DNA of 64,000 nt from an uncultured SAR86 cluster bacterium. GTDB lineage: Bacteria > Pseudomonadota > Gammaproteobacteria > Magnimaribacterales > D2472. Made by a program: the position numbers and the translations under genes. The notes under the pieces are model-generated. The model was not told the origin of the DNA and made no database searches. It was given only the letters and a program-made list of their open reading frames with translations. Location: NCBI GenBank assembly GCA_902591565.1, contig CACJBC010000001.1, positions 132,758 through 196,757 of the forward strand, written 5' to 3'. Positions 46,647 through 60,453 of this stretch are shown here, one piece after another (position 1 is the stretch's first letter; every line of letters starts with the position of its first letter).

Positions 46647-47400
46647 GGTTATAGCAATAGCAAACCAAAAAGGCGGTGTTGGAAAAACAACCACAGCGGT
46701 AAACCTTGCCTCAAGCCTTGCTGCAACCAAAAGAAAGGTTTTGCTTATTGACCTTGACCCACAAGGGAATGCCACAACAGCAACAGGAATAAAAGAAGAA
46801 AAACCAAACACCCTGTACGACCTTTTTTTTAACAACACACCCATTAATGACTGTATATACAGCACATCAGATAACTATAAGGCCTTACCGGGAAACCAAA
46901 ACCTTATAGCGCTTGATGTGGGAATAAGGGAAAACAACAAACAAAATTTTTTATCAAAAGAATTAAAAAAAATAGATGATGAGTTCGACTATACAATAAT
47001 AGACACACCACCAACACTAAATCAGCTCACAATAGAAGCCTTGTTTGCAGCATCGGGAACTCTCATCCCCCTTCAATGCGAATACTATTCTTTAGAGGGT
47101 GTTACTGGATTAATGCAAACAATTCAAACCCTTTCCGACAAAAACCTGACATCTAACAGGGTTTTGGGGATAATAAGAACGATGGTAGACATGAGAAACA
47201 ACCTTGCCAAAGAAGTGTCTGATGAGCTAGAAAAACATTTTTCAAGCTTGGTTTTCAACACCCTTATACCCAGAAACATAAAGCTAGCCGAGGCCCCAAG
47301 CCACGGCCTGTCTGGTGTTAAATATATGCCAACCTCTTATGGTGCAAAGGCTTACCTAGCACTTGCTGGAGAGTTAATAAGAAAGGTGGAATATGTCTGA
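46639..47400 (+). CDS. parA: chromosome partitioning ATPase ParA
   Basis: NQKGGVGKTTT, DLDPQGN, IPRNIKLAEAPSHG. Confidence 0.96.
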   Translation: MNKVIAIANQKGGVGKTTTAVNLASSLAATKRKVLLIDLDPQGNATTATGIKEEKPNTLYDLFFNNTPINDCIYSTSDNYKALPGNQNLIALDVGIRENNKQNFLSKELKKIDDEFDYTIIDTPPTLNQLTIEALFAASGTLIPLQCEYYSLEGVTGLMQTIQTLSDKNLTSNRVLGIIRTMVDMRNNLAKEVSDELEKHFSSLVFNTLIPRNIKLAEAPSHGLSGVKYMPTSYGAKAYLALAGELIRKVEYV

Positions 47401-48232
47401 AGAAAATAAAATTTTAAACAAAGGCCTCGACGCACTGTTGGGCCAAAACACCAACAATAATCAAAAAAGCGTCAAAGAGCTGTCTGTTGAAGATATTAAT
47501 CCAGGAAGATTTCAACCAAGAACAAACTTTGATGAAGAAAAACTCTTAGAGCTAACAAACTCTATAAAAAACCACGGAGTGCTCTCACCAATTCTTGTTA
47601 GAGAGGTTGGTCTAAACAAATATGAGGTTATAGCAGGAGAAAGAAGGTTGAGGGCCTCAAAAAACGCCGGTCTAAAAACAATTCCTACATTAATCGATCA
47701 AAAACAAGACAAAGACGCCCTAGAATCCGCTTTAATAGAAAACCTTCAAAGAGAAGACCTTAACGCTGTTGAAGAAGCAAGGGGTTATGACAGATTAAAA
47801 AGAGAATTTGGTTTAACCCAGGATGAAGTTGCGACCTCAACAGGTAAAGCTAGAAGCACAATTGCAAACTCTTTGAGGTTACTGTCTTTGCCTGCAAAGG
47901 TTTTAGATATGCTTTCTTCCGGGAAGATTGAAAAAGGGCACGCAAAACTTCTAGCATCAATGGATCCATTAGAGGCCGAAAAAGCAGCAAACAATATTAT
48001 AAAAAATAAACTTACAGTAAAAGATTTAGCAGGGTTACCCTCAAAAAAAACCAATAAAAAAATTCAAACCAAGACAAAAGACAGAGATCTTTTAATTGTT
48101 GAAGAGGAAATGTCTGAAAACTTTGGCCACAAGGTTGAAATAGAAGCTAAAAATAAAAAATCAGGCAAGATTGTTATTAATTACAACACCAAAGATGAGC
48201 TTGAATCTATAATTTCTAAACTAAAAAACTGA
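47393..48232 (+). CDS. parB: chromosome partitioning protein ParB
   Basis: GLDALL, QPR..F, IAGERRLRA, ENLQREDL. Confidence 0.96.
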   Translation: MSEENKILNKGLDALLGQNTNNNQKSVKELSVEDINPGRFQPRTNFDEEKLLELTNSIKNHGVLSPILVREVGLNKYEVIAGERRLRASKNAGLKTIPTLIDQKQDKDALESALIENLQREDLNAVEEARGYDRLKREFGLTQDEVATSTGKARSTIANSLRLLSLPAKVLDMLSSGKIEKGHAKLLASMDPLEAEKAANNIIKNKLTVKDLAGLPSKKTNKKIQTKTKDRDLLIVEEEMSENFGHKVEIEAKNKKSGKIVINYNTKDELESIISKLKN

Positions 48233-48266
48233 CTGTAAAAAACTTTCAATTTAAGAACAAAACAAC

Positions 48267-48295
48267 TTGTTTATAAGACCATATATTTCTATAAT
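48267..48295 (+). promoter_or_regulatory. sigma70 promoter of atp operon
   Basis: TTGTTT-17 bp-TATAAT. Confidence 0.55.
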
Positions 48296-48327
48296 TCACC
48301 GCAACAAATTATACAAATTACGATCTT

Positions 48328-49833
<1,506 letters not shown>

Positions 49834-49854
49834 AAAATAATTAGTTAATTAGAT

Positions 49855-50325
49855 ATGAATATAAACGCAACCTTACTTGCACAAGCTGTCGTAATGATAG
49901 TTTTTGTGGCTATATGTTGGAGGTATGTATATCCCCCAATATTGGCAACAATGCAAGAAAGAGAAAAAAAGATATCTGACGGTCTTGAGGCTGCAAAAAA
50001 AGCCGATGATTCTTTAGAGGAAGCAAAACTTGCTTTTGATAAAGAATTAGACAAAGCAAAGGCAGACGCAGCTGAGATCCTCGAAAAAGCTAATAACAGA
50101 GCATCTCAAATAGTTAACGATGCATCTTCAAAAGCCGAAGCTGAGGCCGAAAAAATATTGACCGCTGCTGCAACCAATATAGAAAACGAGACTAACAAAG
50201 CAAAAGAAGAACTAAGACAGCAAATGTCAGATATTATTATTGAAACAACTCAAAAAATTCTTGGTGACGAGGTTTCCAAAGAGAAACACGAAGCTATTTT
50301 AAAGAAAGCTGCCGAGGAACTATAA
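49855..50325 (+). CDS. atpF: ATP synthase subunit b
   Basis: MNINATL, YPPI, R..KI.DGL. Confidence 0.95.
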   Translation: MNINATLLAQAVVMIVFVAICWRYVYPPILATMQEREKKISDGLEAAKKADDSLEEAKLAFDKELDKAKADAAEILEKANNRASQIVNDASSKAEAEAEKILTAAATNIENETNKAKEELRQQMSDIIIETTQKILGDEVSKEKHEAILKKAAEEL

Positions 50326-50328
50326 AAA

Positions 50329-50865
50329 ATGATAGAACTAACCCCACTAGCTAGACCATATGCAAAAGCACTGTTTGCTTCAGCAATCGAGTCTAATACT
50401 TTAGAGGATATGGCTGTTGAATTAAATACTATGGCTGTAGCTTCTTTAGAAGATGGGGTTATAAATACTATTGAGAACCCAACATTATCCAGACAAGAGA
50501 TTGTAGATATCTTGGTTAAATTGTTTGATGACAGCATTTCAGAAACGTCAAAGAAACTCCTTTCAATATTGGCTGAAAATAAACGATTAAATCTTCTTGA
50601 ACCTATTTTTTCTATCTATCAAGATTTACTTGAGCAACACAAAAAACAAAAATCAGTTGAGGTTTTTGTCGCTGTTGATCCAAGTGATTCTACTAAAGAA
50701 CACATAGAAAAAAAAATAAAAGCTACTTATGGCAATGATGCCAACATTTCTTTTTCAAAAGACCCAAACATAATGGGCGGCTTATCAATAAAGATAGGCG
50801 ACGAAACTTTAGATCTTTCTATTAGAGGGAAGGTTAACAAGCTTGTAAACCAATTAAATTTTTAA
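50329..50865 (+). CDS. atpH: ATP synthase subunit delta
   Basis: LARPYAKA, AENKRL, IMGG. Confidence 0.95.
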   Translation: MIELTPLARPYAKALFASAIESNTLEDMAVELNTMAVASLEDGVINTIENPTLSRQEIVDILVKLFDDSISETSKKLLSILAENKRLNLLEPIFSIYQDLLEQHKKQKSVEVFVAVDPSDSTKEHIEKKIKATYGNDANISFSKDPNIMGGLSIKIGDETLDLSIRGKVNKLVNQLNF

Positions 50866-50874
50866 GGTGAAAAC

Positions 50875-52419
50875 ATGAGTCAATTAAATCCATCAGAAAT
50901 TTCCAGCGTATTAAAAGAGAAAATCGCCGGACTTGATCTTTCAGCTGAAAGAAAAAACGAAGGAATCGTAGTTAGCGTTTCCGACGGTATTGTAAGAATA
51001 CATGGCATGGGTGATGTTATGTATGGTGAGGTTATTGAATTTGATAACGGAACCAAAGGCATGGCCTTAAACCTTGAGCAGGATTCGGTTGGTGCTGTTG
51101 TGCTGGGAGACTACCTAGAAATTATTGAAGGACAAAAAGCAGTTTGTACAGGAAAAGTCCTAGAAGTTCCAGTTGGTGAGGCTCTTCTTGGAAGGGTTGT
51201 GAACACTTTAGGAACACCAATAGACGGCAAGGGTGAAATAAAAGCTGAAAAAAACATGCCAGTTGAGGTTGTTGCCCCTGGTGTTATTGCTCGTCAGTCA
51301 GTTGACCAACCTGTTCAAATTGGATTAAAAGCTGTTGACGCCATGGTGCCAATCGGAAGAGGCCAAAGAGAGCTTATTATTGGAGACAGACAAACAGGGA
51401 AAACCGCTGTTGCTGTTGATGCAATAATCAACCAAAAAGGAACAGGTATTAAATGTATCTATGTTGCTATAGGCCAAAAACAATCAACAGTGGCGAACGT
51501 TGTTAGAAAGCTTGAAGAGTATGGGGCAATGGAACACACAATTGTAGTTTCAGCTACCGCTGCAGACCCAGCTCCAATGCAATACCTTTCAGCATACGCA
51601 GGTTGCACAATGGGTGAATACTTTAGAGATAAGGGCGAAGATGCTCTAATTGTATATGATGACCTATCAAAACAAGCCGTCGCTTACAGACAGGTATCAC
51701 TTCTACTTAAAAGACCTCCAGGAAGAGAAGCATATCCTGGTGATGTCTTCTATTTGCATTCAAGACTTTTAGAAAGAGCTGCAAGAGTTAACGCTGATTA
51801 TGTTGAACAAATAACAGGTGGAAAAGTTAAGGGCAAAACAGGATCTTTAACAGCCTTACCAATTATTGAGACTTTGGCTGGAGATGTATCAGCATTTGTT
51901 CCAACAAACGTAATTTCTATTACTGACGGTCAAATATATCTAGAAACTGAATTATTTAATTCGGGTGTCAGACCAGCTATCAACCCAGGTCTCTCCGTTT
52001 CAAGGGTTGGTGGTTCTGCACAAACAAAAATTATGAAAAAACTCGCAGGCGGGGTTAGAACTGCATTAGCTCAATATCGTGAACTAGCAGCTTTCTCACA
52101 ATTTGCATCAGACCTTGATGATGCAACAAAACAACAACTTGCTAACGGTAAAGCATTTACTGAACTTTTAAAGCAAAAACAATATGCACCTATGAGCGTT
52201 GCCCAACAAGCACTTAGCTTGTTTGCAGCTGATAGAGGTTATATGGCTGATGTTGAGGTAGAAAAAATTCTTGATTTTGAAGAAGCTCTTCATGGATATT
52301 TAACATCTGAGAAAGGTGAACTTGAACAACAAATCAACACAACAGGTGACTGGAATGATGATATTGAAAATCAATTCAAAGAACTTGTTGAAGACTTTAA
52401 AAAAACACAAACCTTTTAA
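50875..52419 (+). CDS. atpA: ATP synthase subunit alpha
   Basis: [26 protein letters not shown]. Confidence 0.98.
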   Translation: MSQLNPSEISSVLKEKIAGLDLSAERKNEGIVVSVSDGIVRIHGMGDVMYGEVIEFDNGTKGMALNLEQDSVGAVVLGDYLEIIEGQKAVCTGKVLEVPVGEALLGRVVNTLGTPIDGKGEIKAEKNMPVEVVAPGVIARQSVDQPVQIGLKAVDAMVPIGRGQRELIIGDRQTGKTAVAVDAIINQKGTGIKCIYVAIGQKQSTVANVVRKLEEYGAMEHTIVVSATAADPAPMQYLSAYAGCTMGEYFRDKGEDALIVYDDLSKQAVAYRQVSLLLKRPPGREAYPGDVFYLHSRLLERAARVNADYVEQITGGKVKGKTGSLTALPIIETLAGDVSAFVPTNVISITDGQIYLETELFNSGVRPAINPGLSVSRVGGSAQTKIMKKLAGGVRTALAQYRELAAFSQFASDLDDATKQQLANGKAFTELLKQKQYAPMSVAQQALSLFAADRGYMADVEVEKILDFEEALHGYLTSEKGELEQQINTTGDWNDDIENQFKELVEDFKKTQTF

Positions 52420-52427
52420 GATAAAAA

Positions 52428-54699
<2,272 letters not shown>

Positions 54700-54701
54700 A
54701 A

Positions 54702-55115
54702 ATGAGCACTATCAAGATCAACATAGTTTCTTCTAGCGAAGAAATATATTCTGGTGAAGCCACCATGGTTTATGCAACTGGAACTCTTGGTGAGCTTGGT
54801 ATAGCTCCTGGCCACACCCCCTTGCTGACTGGTTTAGCCGCTGGACCTGTTAGAGTACAAAATGGCACTGAAGAAGAAGCATTCTTCTGTTCGGGTGGCT
54901 TTTTAGAAGTACAGCCAGATCTTGTAACAGTTTTATCTGATACAGCAGAAAGAGCTGAAAGCCTTGATGAGTCTGAAGCAATTAAAGCCAAAGAAGCAGC
55001 TGAACAAGAATTAGCAAATAAAGACGCCAGCCTTGATTATGCAAAAGCATCTGCCCAGCTAGCTGAAGCCGTAGCTAGGTTAAAAACTATTCAAAAAATA
55101 CGCAAAAACCAGTAA
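54702..55115 (+). CDS. atpC: ATP synthase subunit epsilon
   Basis: GELGIAPGHTP, SGGFLEVQP. Confidence 0.96.
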   Translation: MSTIKINIVSSSEEIYSGEATMVYATGTLGELGIAPGHTPLLTGLAAGPVRVQNGTEEEAFFCSGGFLEVQPDLVTVLSDTAERAESLDESEAIKAKEAAEQELANKDASLDYAKASAQLAEAVARLKTIQKIRKNQ

Positions 55116-55140
55116 GGTATCTATTTAACCTTATATAACT

Positions 55141-56496
55141 GTGGACATTCATACTATAGTTCTTGCTGCCGGAAAGGGATCAAGAATGAAATCAAATAGA
55201 GCAAAATCCCTCCAGAGGATTGGAGGAACATCTATGCTTGAAAAAATATGTTTAACAGCTGGATCAATAAGCCCAAAAATTACGCTGGTTGTCGGCTATG
55301 ATAAAGATGCAGTTTTACAAGAGTCTAAGACCTATAATCTTGAAATTTCTACAGCAGACCAATCAAAACCAATTGGGACAGGAGACGCTGTGAAGTGTGG
55401 AATCTCAAAGGTTAAGGATGGCTCTAAAGTTTTAGTTCTTTATGGTGATGTACCTCTTATAAAAAAAGAAACCCTTGAAGAGTTGATAAAGAGCTCGGAT
55501 GATGGATTATCAATACTAACAACCATACTAGAAGATCCTCATGGATACGGCAGGGTAAAAAAAGATGACTCAGGCCATGCCCTTGCAATAGTTGAAGAAA
55601 AAGACGCATCTGCTGATGAAAAAAATATAAAAGAAGTTTTTACCGGAGTGCTTTGTGGACAAAAGGAGCTTATCGATGAAGGATTGGCCAAACTAGATAA
55701 CGATAATGCTGCAGGAGAATTTTATTTAACTGATTTAGTTTCTATAATAAGTAACAAAGGGTTTAAAATTAAAACATACAAAGCATCTAACGATGAAGTT
55801 AAGGGTGCCAATAGCAAAGCTGAGCTAGCTCAGCTAGAAGGAATATATAGAGCAATGAAATCAGAAGAGCTTATAGATAAAGGTGTTACAGTCGTTGACC
55901 CAGCGAGGCTTGATGTAAGAGGAGAGGTTGAAGCAGGCAAAGACTGTATTGTTGATGTAAATGTTATATTTGAAGGCAATGTTACTTTGGGCGACAATGT
56001 TCATATCGGCCCAAACACAATTTTAAAGAACGTAACCATTGGGAATAATTCTAGGATAGAAGCTTTTTCTCACCTCGATAGTGCCACAGTGGGCAATAAT
56101 TGTTTGATAGGACCCTATGCAAGACTGAGAGAAGGAAGCAATATTGAAAATTCAGCCAAAATAGGCAACTTTGTAGAAACAAAAAACACAACACTGGGAA
56201 ATGGCTCAAAGGCCAATCATTTTACCTATCTTGGTGATACGGAAGTTGGGGCGTCATCAAACATAGGGGCTGGAACCATAACTTGTAATTATGACGGAAC
56301 CAATAAACATAAAACAGTTATCGGGAATGAAAGTTTTATAGGAAGCAACACATCACTAGTTGCTCCAGTTACAGTTGGAGCAAATGCTACAGTCGCAGCT
56401 GGATCTGTTATAACCAAAGATGTTCCAGATGGGGCGCTTGGTGTGGGAAGGTCAACGCAAGATAATAAAGAAAACTGGTCTAAGAAAAAGGATTAA
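55141..56496 (+). CDS. glmU: bifunctional GlmU
   Basis: LAAGKGSRM, LYGDVPL, hexapeptide repeats, NIGAGTITCNYDG. Confidence 0.97.
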   Translation: MDIHTIVLAAGKGSRMKSNRAKSLQRIGGTSMLEKICLTAGSISPKITLVVGYDKDAVLQESKTYNLEISTADQSKPIGTGDAVKCGISKVKDGSKVLVLYGDVPLIKKETLEELIKSSDDGLSILTTILEDPHGYGRVKKDDSGHALAIVEEKDASADEKNIKEVFTGVLCGQKELIDEGLAKLDNDNAAGEFYLTDLVSIISNKGFKIKTYKASNDEVKGANSKAELAQLEGIYRAMKSEELIDKGVTVVDPARLDVRGEVEAGKDCIVDVNVIFEGNVTLGDNVHIGPNTILKNVTIGNNSRIEAFSHLDSATVGNNCLIGPYARLREGSNIENSAKIGNFVETKNTTLGNGSKANHFTYLGDTEVGASSNIGAGTITCNYDGTNKHKTVIGNESFIGSNTSLVAPVTVGANATVAAGSVITKDVPDGALGVGRSTQDNKENWSKKKD

Positions 56497-56498
56497 TA

Positions 56499-58325
56499 AT
56501 GTGTGGAATTATAGCAGCTGCTTCAAATAGAAATGTTGGCAAGCTACTAGTCCAAGGGCTCCATAAAATGGAATATCGAGGATATGATTCGGCAGGCATT
56601 GCTCTCCATCAAGACGAAGGCATAACGCACCTTCGAACCCTTGGAAAAGTTCAGCTCCTCGAAGAAAAAATGATTGCTAAAAAACCAAAAAGTAAATTAG
56701 GTATTGCTCATACAAGATGGGCAACACATGGCGAGCCATCAGAAGTTAATGCCCATCCTCATAAGTCTCAAGATTCGGTATATATTGTTCATAATGGCAT
56801 TATTGAAAATTATGTTGAGCTTAGAGAAAGTCTTAAGAAAGATGGCTATGAATTTATATCTCAAACAGATTCTGAACTAATAGCCCATTTGCTTGATTTT
56901 TATATCAATCAAGGTAAATCAATGGTTGATGCAACTTATTCAGCAAAAGAAAAACTTGAGGGCGCATACGCTATAGCAGCTATTGATATAAAAGATAATA
57001 CCAATTTGGTTATAGCAAGAAACAAATCACCTCTATTAATAGGCATTGGAACCGATGAAATGTTTGCAGCATCAGATCCACTTGCTATAGCACAACAAAC
57101 TAATGATTTTATTTTCTTAGAAGATGGTGATGTGGCAGAGATTTCTGCTGATAGCTACAAAATCTTTGATAAATCTAAAAACGAAGTCAAAAGAGAGATT
57201 ACTCATATAGATATATCAGCTCAAGCTAGCTCAAAGGGTGATTTTAGGCACTATATGGAAAAAGAAATATATGAACAACCTGAAGCTGTTTCAAAAACAA
57301 TAGATGGAAGAATAGGTGGTGAGGACGTTTTAGATAATATTTTTGGTCTTGGCTCAGCTGATTTATTTTCAAAGGTAAAACGTATTCAAATAGTTGCATG
57401 TGGAACCAGTCTTCATGCAGGAAGAGTTGCTGCCAACTGGTTTTCATCAATAGCAGAACTTCCATGTCAAATTGATTATGCTAGTGAGTATAGATATAGA
57501 AACCCTCATGTAGACGAAAATTCATTATTTATTACAATTTCTCAATCAGGCGAAACAGCTGATACTCTGGCCGCACTATTTTATGCGAAACAAAAGGATT
57601 ATCTTTCTACGCTAACTATATGCAATGTTCCTACAAGTTCTTTGGCCAGGGAGTCAGATTTTTCACTATTTACCAATGCTGGCCCTGAGATAGGTGTTGC
57701 CTCAACCAAAGCCTTCACGACTCAATTGGCAGCACTAATGTTGCTTGCATTATCACTTGCAAAAAGTAGAGGGCTAAACCCAAAACTTAGAGGTAGAATT
57801 GTTCAAGCATTAAGACTGCTGCCTGAGACTATTGCAGAAGCTTTAAATTCAAAAGAACAAATGGTAGAGATAGCTCCAAATATTGCCAATAAAGACAATG
57901 CTTTATTTTTAGGCAGAGGTATTTTTTATCCTATTGCTAAAGAGGGCGCACTAAAACTCAAAGAGATTTCTTACATCCATGCTGAAGCTTACCCAGCTGG
58001 AGAGCTAAAACATGGCCCGCTTGCATTAATAGATGAAAATATGCCAGTTATAGCATTGGCCCCTGAAAGTGAAATTGCAGAGAAACTAATTTCTAATTTA
58101 GAAGAGGTGAAAGCCAGAGGCGGAACTCTTTATGTGTGCGCAGCTCCTTCAGTAAATATGGATATTAAGTCCGGAAAGTTAATTCACATGCCAGAATGTG
58201 ATTTCTTTATGACACCAATTATTTATAACATTCCCTTACAAATTCTTTCGTATGAAGTTGCTTTGCTTAGAGGAACAGATATAGATCAGCCACGGAATTT
58301 AGCTAAGTCTGTTACTGTTGAATGA
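56499..58325 (+). CDS. glmS: glutamine-fructose-6-phosphate aminotransferase
   Basis: MCGI, EYRGYDSAG, HTRWATHG, SQSGETADT, PRNLAKSVTVE end. Confidence 0.98.
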   Translation: MCGIIAAASNRNVGKLLVQGLHKMEYRGYDSAGIALHQDEGITHLRTLGKVQLLEEKMIAKKPKSKLGIAHTRWATHGEPSEVNAHPHKSQDSVYIVHNGIIENYVELRESLKKDGYEFISQTDSELIAHLLDFYINQGKSMVDATYSAKEKLEGAYAIAAIDIKDNTNLVIARNKSPLLIGIGTDEMFAASDPLAIAQQTNDFIFLEDGDVAEISADSYKIFDKSKNEVKREITHIDISAQASSKGDFRHYMEKEIYEQPEAVSKTIDGRIGGEDVLDNIFGLGSADLFSKVKRIQIVACGTSLHAGRVAANWFSSIAELPCQIDYASEYRYRNPHVDENSLFITISQSGETADTLAALFYAKQKDYLSTLTICNVPTSSLARESDFSLFTNAGPEIGVASTKAFTTQLAALMLLALSLAKSRGLNPKLRGRIVQALRLLPETIAEALNSKEQMVEIAPNIANKDNALFLGRGIFYPIAKEGALKLKEISYIHAEAYPAGELKHGPLALIDENMPVIALAPESEIAEKLISNLEEVKARGGTLYVCAAPSVNMDIKSGKLIHMPECDFFMTPIIYNIPLQILSYEVALLRGTDIDQPRNLAKSVTVE

Positions 58326-58792
58326 GAATTAGATATTTATTAACGTTTTTGCTTTCTTTAAATATTTTTGCATTTTCAGATGATGTCTCAAACACTCAAA
58401 AAGAATTAATAAGTTTTTTTGATTATGTTGAAAGCAAAGATTTATCGGATAAAGATGCAAAAAAAGAATTAGAACAATATATTTTAGAAAGATGTTCTGC
58501 ATTAAGTTTTGTATGGATAGGCGGTGACAACGAAATATTTGATGTTGGAGATGCTTTTTTTGAAGAGGCAATCGCTCATGCAGGAAAAAGTAAAAGACCA
58601 ATTATTTATAAAAACATACAAAAATATGGCGAAGAATATATTAAACACTGGAATGAGCAGGACTTGCCAAATGAAAACCCTTTTACTGAACTCATGAAAG
58701 ATGACATGGCAGTTTGTTTAAAAATATATGAAGGCAGAAATTATGCAAAGAAGTATGAAGGGCGGAAAGATTCCAAACTTATTGAGGATTAG
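58322..58792 (+). CDS. secreted hypothetical protein (cassette 1)
   Basis: Signal peptide MRIRYLLTFLLSLNIFA, two Cys; ATG overlaps glmS TGA. Confidence 0.75.
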   Translation: MRIRYLLTFLLSLNIFAFSDDVSNTQKELISFFDYVESKDLSDKDAKKELEQYILERCSALSFVWIGGDNEIFDVGDAFFEEAIAHAGKSKRPIIYKNIQKYGEEYIKHWNEQDLPNENPFTELMKDDMAVCLKIYEGRNYAKKYEGRKDSKLIED

Positions 58793-58810
58793 GGGTCAGG
58801 TTAATTCCAC

Positions 58811-58828
58811 TCTGTTACGGTCGAGTAA
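58811..58828 (+). repeat. glmS 3'-end copy 1 (SVTVE-stop)
   Basis: TCT GTT ACG GTC GAG TAA vs glmS TCT GTT ACT GTT GAA TGA; 14/18, all changes silent or stop-preserving. Confidence 0.92.
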
Positions 58829-58858
58829 TTTCGAACAGTGCGTTAAAAAGGAGGAATT

Positions 58859-58978
58859 ATGGAGGTAATGGGAATACTGGGTTTTGTATTTGGACTAATA
58901 GCATTTGTTCGAATAGAAAAACTAACAAAGACTTTGAAAGAAAAAAGAATTCTTGAAGAGAATTACAAAGAAGAATAA
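58859..58978 (+). CDS. 39-aa single-TM microprotein (cassette 2; not in ORF track)
   Basis: AGGAGG at 58849-58854; MEVMGILGFVFGLIAFVRIEKLTKTLKEKRILEENYKEE. Confidence 0.75.
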   Translation: MEVMGILGFVFGLIAFVRIEKLTKTLKEKRILEENYKEE

Positions 58979-58996
58979 CGCACTGTTCCAAAACAC

Positions 58997-59014
58997 TCTG
59001 TTACGGTGGAATAA
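58997..59014 (+). repeat. glmS 3'-end copy 2 (SVTVE-stop)
   Basis: TCT GTT ACG GTG GAA TAA; 15/18 to glmS, all silent; 58994-59017 matches 58808-58831 at 22/24. Confidence 0.92.
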
Positions 59015-59126
59015 TTTGGTAACGAATTAAAAGAGGCAAATGAAACCAGTTTTAAGAAATACAAAATATTGTTTTAAACTTAAAAATAATATACGCTTAT
59101 TTTTTATACATAAATAGGGGGAAATT

Positions 59127-59621
59127 ATGAAAAAATTTTTTGCACTAATATTACTTATACCTTCATCAGCATTTGCAGCTTTTGGTGGTGGAATATCAAT
59201 GGCAAATGTTTCAGGCGAAACCTGCTGTGGAGATCTAAAATGGAATTTATCTACCATTAATGGTGTATATGAGTCTGAAAGAAGTGATGATCTGGCATTT
59301 CAAGTTAAGCTTGGTCTAGGAGTTTCTGACGATTCAGATATAGATGAAGATGGCGACAGATGGGATCTTGATATTAAAAATATGATTCAATTAAAAGGTA
59401 TGTACTTCTTGAATGATGATATTTATGCATCTGTAGTATATACAAGAGCTGATATAGAAGTTTACACAGAATGGGATGATGATACTTCTAGCGATTCTGA
59501 ATCTGATTTTGGATTTTTATTGGGCTATAGAAAAGGTAATTTAGACGCATATTTTGGTCCTGCATTTGATAAAGACGGGACAGAAATATTGGAGTTTGGA
59601 TTTACATATTTTTTTAATTAA
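59127..59621 (+). CDS. small acidic outer-membrane beta-barrel protein (cassette 3)
   Basis: Signal peptide, alternating beta-strand pattern, C-terminal EFGFTYFFN. Confidence 0.7.
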   Translation: MKKFFALILLIPSSAFAAFGGGISMANVSGETCCGDLKWNLSTINGVYESERSDDLAFQVKLGLGVSDDSDIDEDGDRWDLDIKNMIQLKGMYFLNDDIYASVVYTRADIEVYTEWDDDTSSDSESDFGFLLGYRKGNLDAYFGPAFDKDGTEILEFGFTYFFN

Positions 59622-59643
59622 AAATACTGACTATATTGAACAC

Positions 59644-59669
59644 AAAAACCCACTTAGGTGGGTTTTTTT
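59644..59669 (+). terminator. rho-independent terminator
   Basis: AAAAACCCAC-TTAG-GTGGGTTTTTTT. Confidence 0.88.
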
Positions 59670-59693
59670 ATGACTTAATTCGGTTTACCTTAA

Positions 59694-59711
59694 TTAGCTA
59701 CGGTGGAATAG
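59694..59711 (+). repeat. glmS 3'-end copy 3 (LATVE-stop)
   Basis: TTA GCT ACG GTG GAA TAG; shares TACGGTGGAATA with copy 2 and GGTGGAATAGTTTTG with copy 6. Confidence 0.85.
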
Positions 59712-59739
59712 TTTTGTTTTCAGAATTAAAATTTAGATA

Positions 59740-60453
59740 ATGAGTAAAGAAAATATAAACATAGAAGCCATCAAATTAACAAAAGATTCATTCAGCAAAG
59801 ATTTTTTCAATAACACAATAAATCACTTTAAAGACAAAGATCGATACATAAATTTTTTAGATGAAACCGATATAGAAAATAAAATGGATTTTAAAGGCGT
59901 GCAGGTAATAAGAGATAAAAATAGTGGAGCTGTTTATAGAGTTTCAGCTCATGGTAATTTTGCTAAAGATAGCGACAAAATAATAAAACCAAACTTTAAC
60001 TCAGCATGGAGTCCGCATGAAAGATGGACACCATACTTTATGAATTTAGAAGAAAAGTATATTGCATTTGGTTGGCACAATTCTAATAGCGCTCAAATTT
60101 ATAATGAAGTAATTAGAGGAATCGATGTAGAAAAACTTAGCCCTAAAGACAAGGTTTATGAACATTTTTTAAAAATACACAAAAAGAAAAAAAATAGTAA
60201 GCATCCCAACAACAGAGATGATAAAAACAAAAAGAAAAGCCTGAGGGGCTCTATAAATGTTAAAAATTTACCCTCTTTAATTAAAAGTCATCCAAATATT
60301 TATAAAAAAATAATATATTTCGATGATCTTATAATCGATAGATTCTTAATTAACGAGGAAGATCCTTTTTTAACACCGGTTTTTTTTAAAGAGGTTTTAA
60401 TTAATTATTTTAAAACCACAACTGATAAATATTATTGGTATGAATCAGCATGA
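59740..60453 (+). CDS. hypothetical protein (cassette 4)
   Basis: 237-aa ORF, ATGA-coupled to next gene; no family recognised. Confidence 0.7.
   Translation: MSKENINIEAIKLTKDSFSKDFFNNTINHFKDKDRYINFLDETDIENKMDFKGVQVIRDKNSGAVYRVSAHGNFAKDSDKIIKPNFNSAWSPHERWTPYFMNLEEKYIAFGWHNSNSAQIYNEVIRGIDVEKLSPKDKVYEHFLKIHKKKKNSKHPNNRDDKNKKKSLRGSINVKNLPSLIKSHPNIYKKIIYFDDLIIDRFLINEEDPFLTPVFFKEVLINYFKTTTDKYYWYESA

Noticed and set aside
58290-58400. Tn7 insertion at attTn7
   Set aside because: No Tn7-like ends or tns genes seen, an ORF runs through the expected insertion point, and Tn7 does not duplicate glmS coding sequence.
58726-58768. YEGR repeated twice near the end of the cassette 1 protein
   Set aside because: Short imperfect duplication with no further support.
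58804-59013. Split parS half-sites (TTCCAC/GTGGAA)
   Set aside because: GTGGAA is explained by the Val-Glu codons of the glmS end, varies synonymously, and lacks the flanking G/C of GTTCCAC.
59040-59117. 25-codon ORF after AAGAGG
   Set aside because: RBS spacing is too short and the ORF overlaps the likely promoter region of the barrel gene.
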